Made by a program: the position numbers and the translations under genes
Notes under the pieces: model-generated
The model's input: the letters and a program-made list of their open reading frames with translations, nothing else
What the model was told of the DNA's origin: nothing
Database searches by the model: none
Part shown: piece by piece, positions 1 to 10,740 of the stretch
Layout: each line of letters opens with the position of its first letter
Position numbering within the stretch: the first letter of the stretch is position 1
Assembly (NCBI GenBank): GCA_964202905.1
Contig: CAXNJO010000003.1
Location: 727,776-791,775 of the forward strand
Direction: 5' to 3'
Source of the DNA: Polyangiales bacterium
GTDB lineage: Bacteria > Myxococcota_A > Polyangia > Polyangiales > JADJQN01
DNA: 64,000 nucleotides

Positions 1-2
1 GC

Positions 3-458
3 CCCGACCGCGACGCACGCATCGCCCGAAAGATGCGTGCTTTCTTATGGATGCACGTCGGCGCGTTGGTCGTGCTGCGCCTCGTCGCGCGCTTCGGCTA
101 CGAGCTGCTCGGGGCCGAGGCGTACGCAGGCGGCCTCGCGTACGTGCCGTGGCTCGCGCTCGGCAACTTCTTCTTCCTCGCGGGGAACATGCTCGCCGCG
201 GGCCTCGGGCAGGCCAAGCGCACGGGCCTCGCCGCGCTCACCTTCGCGGTCCCGTCGGCCATCACCGTCGCCCTGCAGCTCGCGCTCGTGCCGCGCTTCG
301 GCGCCCGCGCGGCCGCGCTCGTGAGCGTCGGGGGCTATGCGATGTTCGCGCTCTCCTCGTACCTGCTCGGGCGCCGCTTCTACGCCTTCGCGGAGCTGCG
401 CCGCGCGCTCGTGCCGATGTCGGTCGCCTGCGCGGTGACGCTCGCGCCGCTCGGCTGA
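3..458 (+). CDS. Polysaccharide flippase (Wzx/MATE-like), C-terminal part, truncated by window start
   Basis: Frame open from window start; several hydrophobic helices; LVPRFGARAAA resembles the Wzx C-terminal 'L.P.FG..GAA' motif. Confidence 0.65.
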   Translation, partial: PDRDARIARKMRAFLWMHVGALVVLRLVARFGYELLGAEAYAGGLAYVPWLALGNFFFLAGNMLAAGLGQAKRTGLAALTFAVPSAITVALQLALVPRFGARAAALVSVGGYAMFALSSYLLGRRFYAFAELRRALVPMSVACAVTLAPLG

Positions 459-544
459 CGCCGCCGGGCGCCCCGCGCAGCCCGGACGCGCCCTCCCCGC
501 ACGCTGGCCCGCCCGCGCGGCCCGTGGCAGAACCGCGGCGCGCC

Positions 545-1566
545 ATGACGCTCACGAACTCAAGCCGCTCTTCGACGCCCCGCCCGACCTCGACGGCAAG
601 GTCATCCTCGTCACCGGCGGGACGGGCTCGTTCGGGCAGGCGTTCGTACGGCGGCTGCTCTCGGCGCACAAGCCCGCGAAGGTCATCGTCTTCTCGCGCG
701 ACGAGCAGAAGCACGTCGTGATGGAGCAGAAGCTGCGCGACCCGCGCGTGCGCTACTTCGTGGGCGATGTGCGCGACCGCGAGCGCCTGATGCGCGCCTT
801 CGACGGCGTCGACATCGTCGTGCACGCGGCGGCGATGAAGCACGTGCACGTCGCCGAGTACAACCCGATCGAGGCGATCCGCACGAACGTCGACGGCGCG
901 GCGAACGTCATCGACGCCGCGCTCGAGCGGCGCGTGTCGCGCGTGATCGCGCTCTCGACGGACAAGGCCGCGTCGCCCGTGAACCTCTACGGCGCGACCA
1001 AGCTCTGCATGGAGAAGCTCTTCGTCGCGGCGAACTCGTACGCGGGCGGGCGCAAGACGCGCTTCGATCTCGTGCGCTACGGCAACGTCGTCGGCAGCAA
1101 CGGCAGCGTGGTCCCGCTCTTCCTCGAGCAGCGCAAGACGGGGAAGCTGACGATCACCGACGCGTCGATGACGCGCTTCTGGATCGGGATGGACCGCGCG
1201 GTCGACCTCGTGCTCCTCGCGCTGAAGGAGGGGCTCGGCGGCGAGACCTTCATCCCGCGCATTCCGGCGTGCACGGTCGAGGTGCTCGCCGAGGCGCTCG
1301 CGCCGGGCAAGCCGCGCGAGATCATCGGCATCCGCCCCGGCGAGAAGCTGCACGAGACGCTCATCACGCCGGACGAGTCGCGCTCCGTCGTCGAGTACGA
1401 CCAGTACTACGTGATCAAGCCGAGCTTCCCCTCCTGGGGCGGACCGGTGCGCACGCACGGGGCGCCCGTCACGCCGGGCTTCTCCTTCTCGAGCGGCGGC
1501 GCCTACGCCCTCAGCGTCGACGAGACGCGCGCGCTGCTCGAGCAGCTCGGCTTCGCGATCGGCTGA
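545..1566 (+). CDS. pseB: UDP-GlcNAc 4,6-dehydratase (PseB/FlaA1); apparent 1-nt frameshift near 555
   Basis: ILVTGGTGSFG, FSRDEQK, LSTDKA, NLYGATK, RYGNVVGS, GIRPGEKLHE. The Rossmann motif lies upstream of ORF 718 with no in-frame start; ATG at 545 is one base out of frame. Confidence 0.88.
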
Positions 1567-1664
1567 GTCGCACGCGGCCAGCGCGAAGAGCGCGAAACCC
1601 TTGTTTCGTCGGGAGACGCGCCTCTTGACGCAGCGCGTCAAAGCGCATCCCTTCGACGCCTGAT

Positions 1665-2139
1665 TCAGAGCGCGCGCTCGAAATGCAGCGCGGGGGCGCC
1701 CTCGATCGTGGCCTCCGCGACGCGCGCGTAGCCCGTCGCGACGAAGGCCCTCGCGCTCGCGACGTTGGTCGCCTTCACGAACGCGCGCAGCTGCGTGAAG
1801 CCGTGTGCGCGCGCCTCGTCTGCGAGCGCCTCGAGCAGCGCGCGACCGACGCCGCGACCGCGCGCTTCGGGGGCGATGTTCAGGCTGACGACGGCGACGC
1901 GCGCATCCTCCGCGTCGCGATCGAGCCGCGCGGTGCCGACGGCCGAGCCGCCCTGCTGGGCGACGTAGAGGCGGCGGCGCGGATCGGCCAGCGCGGTCGG
2001 TGAGCCAGGCGATGTGCGTCTCCCACGCGATCGGCGCGTTTCGGAAGGAGACGGCGCGCGCGACGGGGTCGTTGGCCCACGCGAACAAGCGCTCGGCGTC
2101 GTCGAGATGCGCGGGTCGGAGCACGACCGACACGCTCAC
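1665..2139 (-). CDS. GNAT N-acetyltransferase (PseH-like); frameshift near 1995
   Basis: LRPAHLDDAERLFAWANDP..SF start; continues in another frame as ARGRGVGRALL...NVASARAF, stop at 1665. Confidence 0.75.
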
Positions 2140-3194
2140 GCGAGGCCTTCGACGTCTTCGACCGCGAGCAGCGCCTCGGCCTCGAGATCACGCGCCGCGG
2201 GTTTGCCGAGCACGTCGTCGAGGCGCTCGGGGGGCAGGCCATCGCCGCGCTTGCCGCGCCGGAGCACGTCGAGGTTCTCGCGCGTGAGCGGCTCGCCCTT
2301 CTTCACGGGGCGCGTCGTGAAGAGCGCGCGCCGCGCGAACTGGCGCAGCTCGTCCTCGACGGGTTGCACGATCTTCTCGCCGGTGCCGAGGGACTGCTCG
2401 ATCGCGCGCACGCCGCGCACGAGCTCGGCGAGCCCGGCGGGCTCGATCGCGAAGGCGTGATCGGGGCCCGGCAGGCGACGGCTGAGCGTGTAGTGCTTCT
2501 CGATGACGGAGGCGCCGAGCGCGGCCGCGGCCATCGGCGCGATCGCGGGCTCGCTCGAGTGGTCGGAGAGCCCCGTCGGCACGCCGAGCGCGTCGCGGAT
2601 GGTCACGAGCGCGCGCACGTTGATGGACGCGAGCGGCGAAGGGTACGAGGCCGTGCACTGCAGGACGACGAGCGAGCGGCAGCCCGCGTCGCGCACGGCG
2701 GCGACGGCGCGCTCGACCTCAGCGAGCGTCGAGGCGCCCGTCGACATGATCACGGGCTTGCCGGTGCGCGCGACCTCGCGCAGCAGCGGGACGTGCGTCA
2801 TCTCGTAGGAGGCGATCTTGAAGGCGTCGACGTAGGGATCGAGGAGCGCGACGGCCTCCTCGTGGAAGGGGCTCGAGAGAAACGCGAGGCCGAGCCGGTG
2901 CGCGCGCTCGGAGAGCCCCGGCCACCACTCGCTGGGCGTCTCGAGGGACGCGATGATGTCGTAGATCGAGCGCGCGTCGCCGAGGTAGTCGCTCGTGCCC
3001 GCGGAGCGCGGGTAGAGGCGCTTGGCGCTGAAGGTCTGGAACTTCACCGCGCAGGCGCCGGCCTCGGCCGCCGCATCGATGAGCGCGTGCGCCTGCTCGA
3101 GGCTGCCGTTGTGGTTGGAGCCGGCCTCCGCGATGAGGAAGCAGGGCGCCCCCGCGCCGACGGGCTTGCCGAAGATCTCGAATCGCTGGTTCAT
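2136..3194 (-). CDS. pseI: Nonulosonic acid synthase (PseI/NeuB family) with SAF domain
   Basis: IAEAGSNHNG, AVKFQT, FKIASYE, MSTGAS, GLSDHS, IEKHYTL motifs. Confidence 0.85.
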   Translation of the reverse strand: MNQRFEIFGKPVGAGAPCFLIAEAGSNHNGSLEQAHALIDAAAEAGACAVKFQTFSAKRLYPRSAGTSDYLGDARSIYDIIASLETPSEWWPGLSERAHRLGLAFLSSPFHEEAVALLDPYVDAFKIASYEMTHVPLLREVARTGKPVIMSTGASTLAEVERAVAAVRDAGCRSLVVLQCTASYPSPLASINVRALVTIRDALGVPTGLSDHSSEPAIAPMAAAALGASVIEKHYTLSRRLPGPDHAFAIEPAGLAELVRGVRAIEQSLGTGEKIVQPVEDELRQFARRALFTTRPVKKGEPLTRENLDVLRRGKRGDGLPPERLDDVLGKPAARDLEAEALLAVEDVEGLA

Positions 3195-5059
3195 CCGCCG
3201 TCCTCCGCTGCGTGCTTCTGCCCCTGCGCGCGCCGCGCGATCGCGTCGGCGAGCGCGTCGATCACGCGTAGCACGCCACGCCCGTCGACGAGCCCGCGCG
3301 CGGTCCTCGCCATGGCGGCGAGGCGCGGCGCGTCGTCCCAGAGCGCGAGCGCCTGCGCGACGAGCGCGGCGGGCGTGGTGTCCGCGGCATCGCCTGCATC
3401 GACGCCCGCGCCCGACGACGCGAGCCCCGCGCACACGACGCGCTGGTTCGGCGCGACGGACACGCACACGCTCGGCACGCCCGAGCGCGCGAGCTCCCAC
3501 ACCGTGCTCCCCGCGGCGACGAGCGCGAGGCGCGCACGCAGGAAGAGCGGCACCACATCGCGCACATCCTCGTGCACGCGCAGCGGCGCGCCGCCCGCGG
3601 CGAGCGCATGCAGCGCAGCGACCGCAGCGCGCGGCACGCCCGCGCCACACAGCACGTCCACCTCGGGCGACTCGGCGTTCGCACCGCGCCCGGCGAGCGC
3701 GGCGAGGAGCGCCTCCGCGACGGGCAGCGTGAGCCCCGCGGGATCGCTGCCGCCGAACGACAGCAGCAGCGACGGACGCGGCCCCTCGGGCAGCGCCGCG
3801 CGCAGCTCCGCGCGCAAAACGACGAAGGGCGCGCCGACGAGCAGCCGCGTGCCGGGCGCGACGTCCGTATAGCGCGACGCGTCGAAGCCCACGTTCTGGT
3901 TGAGCACCAGGTCCGCGCGCTGCGCCTGCGCGGCCTCGTCGTCGAGCGCGAGGAGCGGCGCGAGCGCGCGGAGCCGCGCGTGATCGACCGGGCCGAGCGC
4001 GTAATCGTCGACGACGAGGGCCGCGGCGCCCGCCGTGCGCGCCGTCTCCTCGAGCACGTCGAGCGCGCCGGGCTCCGCCGCGACGAACGCGATGTTTGCC
4101 GCCGCGAGTCGCTCGGCGGCGGCGCCCGTCACACCGCTGCCGACGAGCCGCGCGCGGCCGCCGAGCTCCGTCCACGCCGCGAGGATCGCGCCGACCCGCG
4201 CCACGTGCCCCGCCCCGAGCTGCGGCGTCGCGTGCGCCCAGCCGACGAGCAGCGTCCCGCGCACACGGCCGGCGCGCCGGGCGTGCTCATCGTCGATGCC
4301 CTTCTGCACGACGCCCGCGTTTTTCGCGGCGATCTCGGGGTGCGCGTCGAGAAAATCCGCGACGGCGTCGGTCGTCGCGTCGTCCCCGAGCGCGCGGAAC
4401 ACCGCGTCGACGACCTCGAGATCGTCCGGGGTGTCCACGGTCAGGCGCAGGTGATCGCGCGCAGGGCCCTCGGGATCCGTGACGCGCGTGCGCAGCCGCC
4501 CCGGTACGCGATAGAGCCACGGCGTGACGTGCTCGCGATCGCCGGGCTCGGTCGCCTCCGCCTGCGCGCGCACGAGCGCCGCCCGCGAGAAGACCTCGAC
4601 GTCGAGGCCGCGCGGGATGCGCCGCACGAGGCCCGCCTGGTTCGTCACGTAGTCGAGCGGCGCGCCCGCGGCGGCGGCGTCGCGGAACACGGCGACGACG
4701 CGCTCGAGCTCGCCCGGATCGAGCAGCGGGCAATCGGCGGTGACGCGCACGAGCACGTCGCTCTCGAGCTGCGCGAGCGCGCCCGCGAAGCGCGCGAGCA
4801 CGTCGTCGACGGGCCCGCGGTGCACGCGCGCACCGAGCCGCGCGGCCTCGTCGGCGAGCGCGTCGTCGGAGGGCTCGACCGTCGTCGCGACGAGCACCTC
4901 ACGCACCGAAGGCGCACGCCGCACACGCCGCAGCACGTGCGCGAGGACGCTCGTGCCCGCACGGCCCGCGACGCGCAGCACCTTCCCCGGGAGCCGCGAC
5001 GAGCCCATCCGGGCCTGCACGATGACCGCGACCCCGGGCTCGCTCGGCGTGCTCGACAC
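3191..5059 (-). CDS. SpsF/PseF-like cytidylyltransferase fused to PseG-like UDP-sugar hydrolase
   Basis: N-terminal IVQARMGSSRLPGKVL, RVTADCPLLDP, LTVDTPDD; C-terminal GAGHVAR, SFGGSDP, AAGSTVWELA, NQ. Confidence 0.82.
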   Translation of the reverse strand: MSSTPSEPGVAVIVQARMGSSRLPGKVLRVAGRAGTSVLAHVLRRVRRAPSVREVLVATTVEPSDDALADEAARLGARVHRGPVDDVLARFAGALAQLESDVLVRVTADCPLLDPGELERVVAVFRDAAAAGAPLDYVTNQAGLVRRIPRGLDVEVFSRAALVRAQAEATEPGDREHVTPWLYRVPGRLRTRVTDPEGPARDHLRLTVDTPDDLEVVDAVFRALGDDATTDAVADFLDAHPEIAAKNAGVVQKGIDDEHARRAGRVRGTLLVGWAHATPQLGAGHVARVGAILAAWTELGGRARLVGSGVTGAAAERLAAANIAFVAAEPGALDVLEETARTAGAAALVVDDYALGPVDHARLRALAPLLALDDEAAQAQRADLVLNQNVGFDASRYTDVAPGTRLLVGAPFVVLRAELRAALPEGPRPSLLLSFGGSDPAGLTLPVAEALLAALAGRGANAESPEVDVLCGAGVPRAAVAALHALAAGGAPLRVHEDVRDVVPLFLRARLALVAAGSTVWELARSGVPSVCVSVAPNQRVVCAGLASSGAGVDAGDAADTTPAALVAQALALWDDAPRLAAMARTARGLVDGRGVLRVIDALADAIARRAQGQKHAAEDGG

Positions 5060-5384
5060 GCGCGCAGGGGTAGCACGCGCGCGCCGGAATCTTCGCCCCC
5101 GCGGACGCGTGGCGTAGGTTCGCGGGAAGTGGGCGCAGGTGTGAATCCTGCGCACACCCCCCGGCCTCTCACCGTATCCGGACTGCCACAGTTCGCCGTG
5201 CCGCGGCCCCGGCGGGCGCGACGCGTGGACCTGCGCCCACGCCGCGCTGCGTCGAGAGCGCGCGCACGAAGACCTTTTTCTTCAACAAAATCAGTCACTT
5301 CTGCGTCCTGATAGCGCGCCCCTCCCTCGCACCGCGCGGCCCTCCCCCGCCGCTGGCACTCCCTGTGCTCCCGAGGCCCCCGAC

Positions 5385-7030
5385 ATGCCGTCCATGCGCC
5401 CCGACGACCTCCCCTCCGCCCCGCCCGGCAACGCCCTCCCCGGGCCCGCGCGCGCCTTCCCGAAGCGCATCGGCATCCTCAACGACTACGTCCGCATCCC
5501 CTACGCGAACGGCTCGTCCTTCGCGTCGCAGTTCTTCTACCGGGAGTTCACGCAGCGCGGCCACGAGGTGACGATCGTCGGCCCGCACGACCCGGTCGCC
5601 GAGGCGCACGAGATGCCGCGTCGCTACGTCGAGCTGCCGAGCGTCCCATTCAAGAACCACCCGGGCGTGCGCCTCACGCTGCCGTCGAGCGCATCCTTCG
5701 AGGCGCTCGCGGCCGCGCGCTTCGACGTCGCGCTCGGCCAGTCGAACACGCACCTGCTCCAGGCGGGCGTGTGGCTGCGGCACACGCACGACGTGCCCTT
5801 CCTGCCCGTGCACACGGTGCACCTGCCGAGCGTCTACAACGTCGTCCTTCCGGACGCGCTGATGAAGAATCCGGTCGCGAACAAGGTCTTCTCGGACGGC
5901 CTGATCCCGATGCTCGAGCGCCAGAGCGCGTCCGTCTACAACCACTCGGACGGCCTCATCGTCCTCGCGGGCGGGCTCAAGCGCTATTGGGAGCAGCGCG
6001 GCGTCACGGTGCCGATCCACGTGATCCCGCGGCCGATCGAGCCGAAGATCTTCGACGTCGCGCAGCCCGAGGACCCGTATCCGGCGCACTTCGCGCGCGG
6101 CGGTCGTCTCATCGTCGTATGTCGGCACACCCGCGAGAAGAACGTGTCTCGCGGCTCCTCGAGATCTTCGCGCGGCACGTCGCGCGCACGGTGCCCGAAG
6201 CGACGCTCACGCTCGTCGGCGACGGGCCCGATCACGATCACTTCCGCGCCGAGGCCGAGACGCTCGGCATCGCGGCGCGCTGCCACTTCCCCGGCGAGAT
6301 CGCGCTCCGCGACGTGCCCGCCTGGTACGCGCACGGCGACGTGTTCGTCTACACGTCGCTCTCCGAGACGTACGGGCAGGTCGTGAGCGAGGCGCTCTGG
6401 TGCGGGCTGCCCGCGGTCGCGCTCTCGGACGGCATGGGCGTCGACCAGCAGGTCGTCGACGGCGAGAACGGCTGGCTCGTGCCGCAGGGCGACGACCCGC
6501 TGCGCGCCGACGCGCAGTTCGGACGCGACGTCGTCGGCCTGCTGCAGAACGCCGACAAGCGCCGCGCGATGGGGCGCCGCGCCGCCGAGATCGCGCGGGA
6601 TCGCTCGGATCCGTCGCGCTGCATCGATCGCTTCTACGACGCGTTCGCGGCGTCGCGGCGGCACCTCGAGGCGACGCGCGCCGAGCGCGCGCGCGCGGGC
6701 TACCGGCGCCGCCTCGCGCTCGTGAACTGGACGGGCATCCACCTCGCCGCCGCTGCGCTCGGCCTCGTGCGGCAGCCCGCGAAGGTCAACCGCCACGGCC
6801 GCAAGCCGCCGACCTGGGACGAGCTGCTCCACGCGGCGGCGCCGGCGACGCAGGTCGCAGCCACGCCCGCGGCGACGCCGGCCGATGCGGGCGGCGAGTC
6901 GATCGCGCGGGGCGTCGCCTTCGCGCAGAAGATCGCGGCGCGCGAGGTGCGCCTGCGCGCACGGGCCGCGAGCGCGGCGCGGGCGTCGCTCGCCGGCGAG
7001 GCGCGGCGGCGCGCGGCGGCCGCGGAGTAG
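5385..7030 (+). CDS. GT4 family glycosyltransferase; frameshift near 6144
   Basis: REKNV joins SRLLE across an extra GT dinucleotide; VGDGP, SLSETYGQVVSEALWCGLP (EX7E). Confidence 0.8.
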
Positions 7031-7092
7031 ACGCGACGCAGTGGCTGGGCACCACGCGCAAAGACTTGCAAAACAAGGCTTTGCGCGATGGG

Positions 7093-7876
7093 TCAGCGAC
7101 CGCGTGGCGGTCGGAAGCCGGCGCGGCGCGCTTCGGCTTCCGTGCAGAACCAGCGCTCGCCGTGCGCCTCGTCCACCCGCGTCGCCGCATACGGGCGCGT
7201 GCCGGGCAGGTGGTAGATGCGCTCTCCGCGCGCGCTGACGTTGCCCTTGATGAGGCAGTCGGGGCGCGGCGGCGTGCTCGCGCGGGGCGGCCCGTCGGCG
7301 CGCGTCTCGCCCGCGCGGCGGGCGCGGCGCCACTCCCACGGCGGCTGGCACTGGCCTGGCCCAGAGCCCGCGGCGTGCGCGGCGCGCGTCGTCTTCGGCG
7401 GCGACGTGGTCGAGTCCGTAGCTGCGGTACGCGAAGGCGAGGCCGGAGCGCACGAGCCACGCGCCGAGGTCTTCGCGGCCCATCGCGCACGACGCGACGG
7501 TGCGACCGTGCACGTCGTTGCCGCCCACCGTGCAGCGCAGTTCCTGCCCGGCGATCTTCGCGTCGAGCGCGAGGCGCGCGGCTTCGCCCGCGAGGTGCGG
7601 CTGGCCGCGGGCGTCGGTGCACGCCTGCGAGCGCTCGGGCGCGTCGACGGCCCGGAGGCGGATCCGCGCGCCGCCGACGTCGAGCGTGTCGCCGTCGATG
7701 ACGCGCGCGACGCCGCGGATCACGCCGGGCTCGGCGGGCTGCGCGGACGCGGTGCACGCCGCGCACGGCGCGAGGCCCGCCGCGACGAGGGCCGCCACGA
7801 GGGCACGGACACCGCGCTGCCGCGGCCGCGCGTGACGCGCGACGCCCTCCGACCCAACACGCCGAGACGCCTGCAT
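7093..7876 (-). CDS. Secreted thermonuclease (SNase) with C-terminal CLIKGN/IYH domain; frameshift near 7357
   Basis: VIDGDTL, RIRLRAVDAPE, GRTVA, RGLWA; other frame continues PPWEWRR, CLIKGNVS..IYHLPG..WFCTEAEARRAGFR. Confidence 0.8.
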
Positions 7877-7993
7877 CGGCCCATGGTCCCAGACGCGCGG
7901 CGACTTGCCCAGCGCCGTCCCCGCAGCCCCGCACGCCGCGCGATCTTTTGAGCACCAACGGGCACGCGCGACGTGATTGAATCTCCAGCGCGA

Positions 7994-9340
7994 ATGAACG
8001 CCATCGTCCGAGAGCGCACACACCGGGACGCAGGGCGCGGCCGTTCGCGCGTCACCCCCACGGCCCACGCGCGGCCCGCGGCGCCGCCCCGCCGGGGCAT
8101 CGCGGCCCTCTGCGGCATAGCCCTCTGCGCGGCCCTCCTCGGCGGCCCGCAGCGGGCGGCCGCGAGCCCGCCGGACCTCTTCGGCTTCGGCTCGCGCAGC
8201 CCCGCGATGGCGGGCACCGGCGTGTCCTTCGCCGACGACTACGAGTCGACCTTCGTGAACCCGGCGGGCCTCGCGCGGGCCCGGCAGCGCGGGCTGACGT
8301 TCGGCCTCCAGGGCGGCGCCTACCGCTACGAGCTCGACGGAGAGCGGCTCCCGCTCGCGCCGGTGAAGGCCAACGTCATCGGCGGCACCATCCCGCTGCC
8401 TTTCGGCGGCGTGATGGAGGACCGCCTCACGCTCGGGCTCGGCTTCTACACGCCGCTCGACATCGTGCTCGTCGGCGACATCGGCTACGCCGACGTGCCG
8501 CGCGCCATCGTGCTCGACCGCGCGCAGTCGCTCGCGATCCAGTTCGGGCTCGGCCTCGACCTGCACGGCGTGGTCGACGGACTGCGCGTCGGCGCCGGCG
8601 TCACCGCGCTCGGCTCGTTCGCGGGCTCGATCCTCGCGGGCATCGACGCGACGGGGAAGTTCGGCTCCGTCGTCGAGACACAGGTGATCGCGACGTTCGC
8701 GCCGATCGTCGGTGCCAGCTACGACGTCGGCGAGTTCTCCTTCGGCGCGGCGTGGCATGGCGAGATCCGTTCGGAGTTCGTCTTCCGCATCACGACGCGG
8801 GACCTGCCGCTGACGGTGCCCGTGCTGAACATCGGCGGGATCGCGCAGTACGACCCGCAGACCTTCGTGCTCGAGGCGTCGTGGCGCGCGACGCCCGCGC
8901 TGCGCGTCGTCGCCGGCGCGTCCTACGCGCTGTGGAGCGACTACCCGGGGCCGCTCATCTCGACGAGCCGCGGCTCGCCGGCGCCGCCCGCGATGAACTT
9001 CGCGAACACGCTCACGCCGCGCGTCGCCGCGGAGTACACGCTCCGCACCGGGCGCACCGCGATCCACCTGCGCGCGGGCTACGCCTACGTGCCGACCCCC
9101 GCGCCCCCGGCCCGCGCCGAGGCGCGCTACCTCGACAACGACAGGCATCTCGTCACGGGCGGCGCCGGCCTCGATCTGACGCTCGGCGACGACGGCGCGC
9201 GGCTGCTCGTCGACGCCTACCTGAGCACGAGCCTGCTGGCGTCGCGCACGCACGATGCGCCGGCCGAGGGGCGGACGACGAACATGGAATCGAGCGGCTT
9301 CGTCGTCGTCGGCGGCGGGTCGGTGGGGGTCGCATGGTGA
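7994..9340 (+). CDS. FadL/OmpP1-family outer membrane transporter
   Basis: Signal peptide; FGFGSRSPAMAG...NPAGLA hatch motif; C-terminal aromatic residue (W). Confidence 0.75.
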   Translation: MNAIVRERTHRDAGRGRSRVTPTAHARPAAPPRRGIAALCGIALCAALLGGPQRAAASPPDLFGFGSRSPAMAGTGVSFADDYESTFVNPAGLARARQRGLTFGLQGGAYRYELDGERLPLAPVKANVIGGTIPLPFGGVMEDRLTLGLGFYTPLDIVLVGDIGYADVPRAIVLDRAQSLAIQFGLGLDLHGVVDGLRVGAGVTALGSFAGSILAGIDATGKFGSVVETQVIATFAPIVGASYDVGEFSFGAAWHGEIRSEFVFRITTRDLPLTVPVLNIGGIAQYDPQTFVLEASWRATPALRVVAGASYALWSDYPGPLISTSRGSPAPPAMNFANTLTPRVAAEYTLRTGRTAIHLRAGYAYVPTPAPPARAEARYLDNDRHLVTGGAGLDLTLGDDGARLLVDAYLSTSLLASRTHDAPAEGRTTNMESSGFVVVGGGSVGVAW

Positions 9341-10740
9341 CGCGCACATCGGGTCGCACGGCCACGCGCAGCACGACGGCGCGCATCGTCTTCGGTCTCG
9401 GGACGCTCGGCGCCGCGCTCGCGCTCGCAGCCCTCGCGCCCATCCCGACCGCGCGCGCGAATCCGCCCGACACCTTCGGCCTCGGCGCACGCAGCGCCGC
9501 GATGGGCGGCGCCGTCACGGCCGACGTCTCGGATTTCTCCGCGAGCTACTACAACCCCGCGGGCCTCGCCGAGACGGGTGATCTGCGCCTCGAGGTCGGC
9601 TACTACCGCGCGCACCCCGAGCTGCGCATGGCAGGGCGCGACAACGAGCTCGACGACATCCGCGCCGTCGTCGGCGGGCTCGTCGTGCCGGGCCGCATCG
9701 CGGGCACGACGTTCGCGTTCGGCCTCGCGCTGCAGCTCCCCGACGAGCGCATCTCGCGCACCCGCTCGCTGCCGCTCACGCAGGCGCGCTGGGAGCTCTA
9801 CGACAACCGCCCGCACCGGCTCTTCCTCGGCGTGAACCTCGCGTGGAAGCCGCTCGATTGGCTCTCCTTCGGCGGCGGCATCTCGTTCATGTCCACGAGC
9901 GAGACGCGCCTCGAGGTGACGGGCGAGATCCCCGCGATCGGCGCCGCGACGCGCTCGCGCCTCGAGCACGCGCTGCGCACCGATCTGCTGAGCGTCCGCT
10001 ACCCGCAGGCGGGCGTGCAGGTGAAGGCGAGCGACTCGCTCAGTTTCGGCCTGAGCTACCGCGGCGAGTTCCAGCTCGGCCTCGCGCTCGACGCGAACGT
10101 GACGGCCGACATCACGCTCGGCGCCGACGCCATCCCCGTCTACTTCCAGATCCTCACGGCGAGCATCAACGCCTTCCTCCCGCAGCAGCTCACGCTCGGC
10201 GCCGCGTGGCACCCGCTGCCCTCGCTGCGCATCGGCCTCGATCTCACCTGGGTCGACTGGTCCGCGTACCGCGCGCCCGTCGGCAAGACGGACGTCGTGC
10301 TCGACCTGACCGTGCCGCCGGCCTTCTCGATGTTCGTGACGCAGCCCGGGCCGATCAGCGGCTCCCGGCCCGTGCCCGCGAACTTCACCGACCGCATCGT
10401 CCCGCGGCTCGGCGTCGAGTGGCTCGCGGCCGAGACGCGCTACGTCGACGTGCGCGTGCGCGGCGGCTACTTCTACGAACTCTCGCCGGTGCCCGTGCAG
10501 AGCGGGCTCAGCAACTTCGTCGACACCGACCGGCACGCGTTCTCGACGGGCTTCGGCGTCGCGCTGCACGACCTCGGCGCGGGGCTGCCCGGCACGCTGC
10601 TCTTCGACGCCTATTTCCAGGGCAGCTACATGGTCCCGCGCACCATGACGAAGGCCTCGCTCCTCGATCCCACAGGCAGCTACGTCGCGGAGGGCGCGAT
10701 CTGGGCGGCCGGCGCGACGACGGGAGTGACCTTCGAATGA
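9334..10740 (+). CDS. FadL/OmpP1-family outer membrane transporter (paralog)
   Basis: FGLGARSAAMGG...YYNPAGLA; overlaps the upstream stop. Confidence 0.78.
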   Translation: MVTRTSGRTATRSTTARIVFGLGTLGAALALAALAPIPTARANPPDTFGLGARSAAMGGAVTADVSDFSASYYNPAGLAETGDLRLEVGYYRAHPELRMAGRDNELDDIRAVVGGLVVPGRIAGTTFAFGLALQLPDERISRTRSLPLTQARWELYDNRPHRLFLGVNLAWKPLDWLSFGGGISFMSTSETRLEVTGEIPAIGAATRSRLEHALRTDLLSVRYPQAGVQVKASDSLSFGLSYRGEFQLGLALDANVTADITLGADAIPVYFQILTASINAFLPQQLTLGAAWHPLPSLRIGLDLTWVDWSAYRAPVGKTDVVLDLTVPPAFSMFVTQPGPISGSRPVPANFTDRIVPRLGVEWLAAETRYVDVRVRGGYFYELSPVPVQSGLSNFVDTDRHAFSTGFGVALHDLGAGLPGTLLFDAYFQGSYMVPRTMTKASLLDPTGSYVAEGAIWAAGATTGVTFE

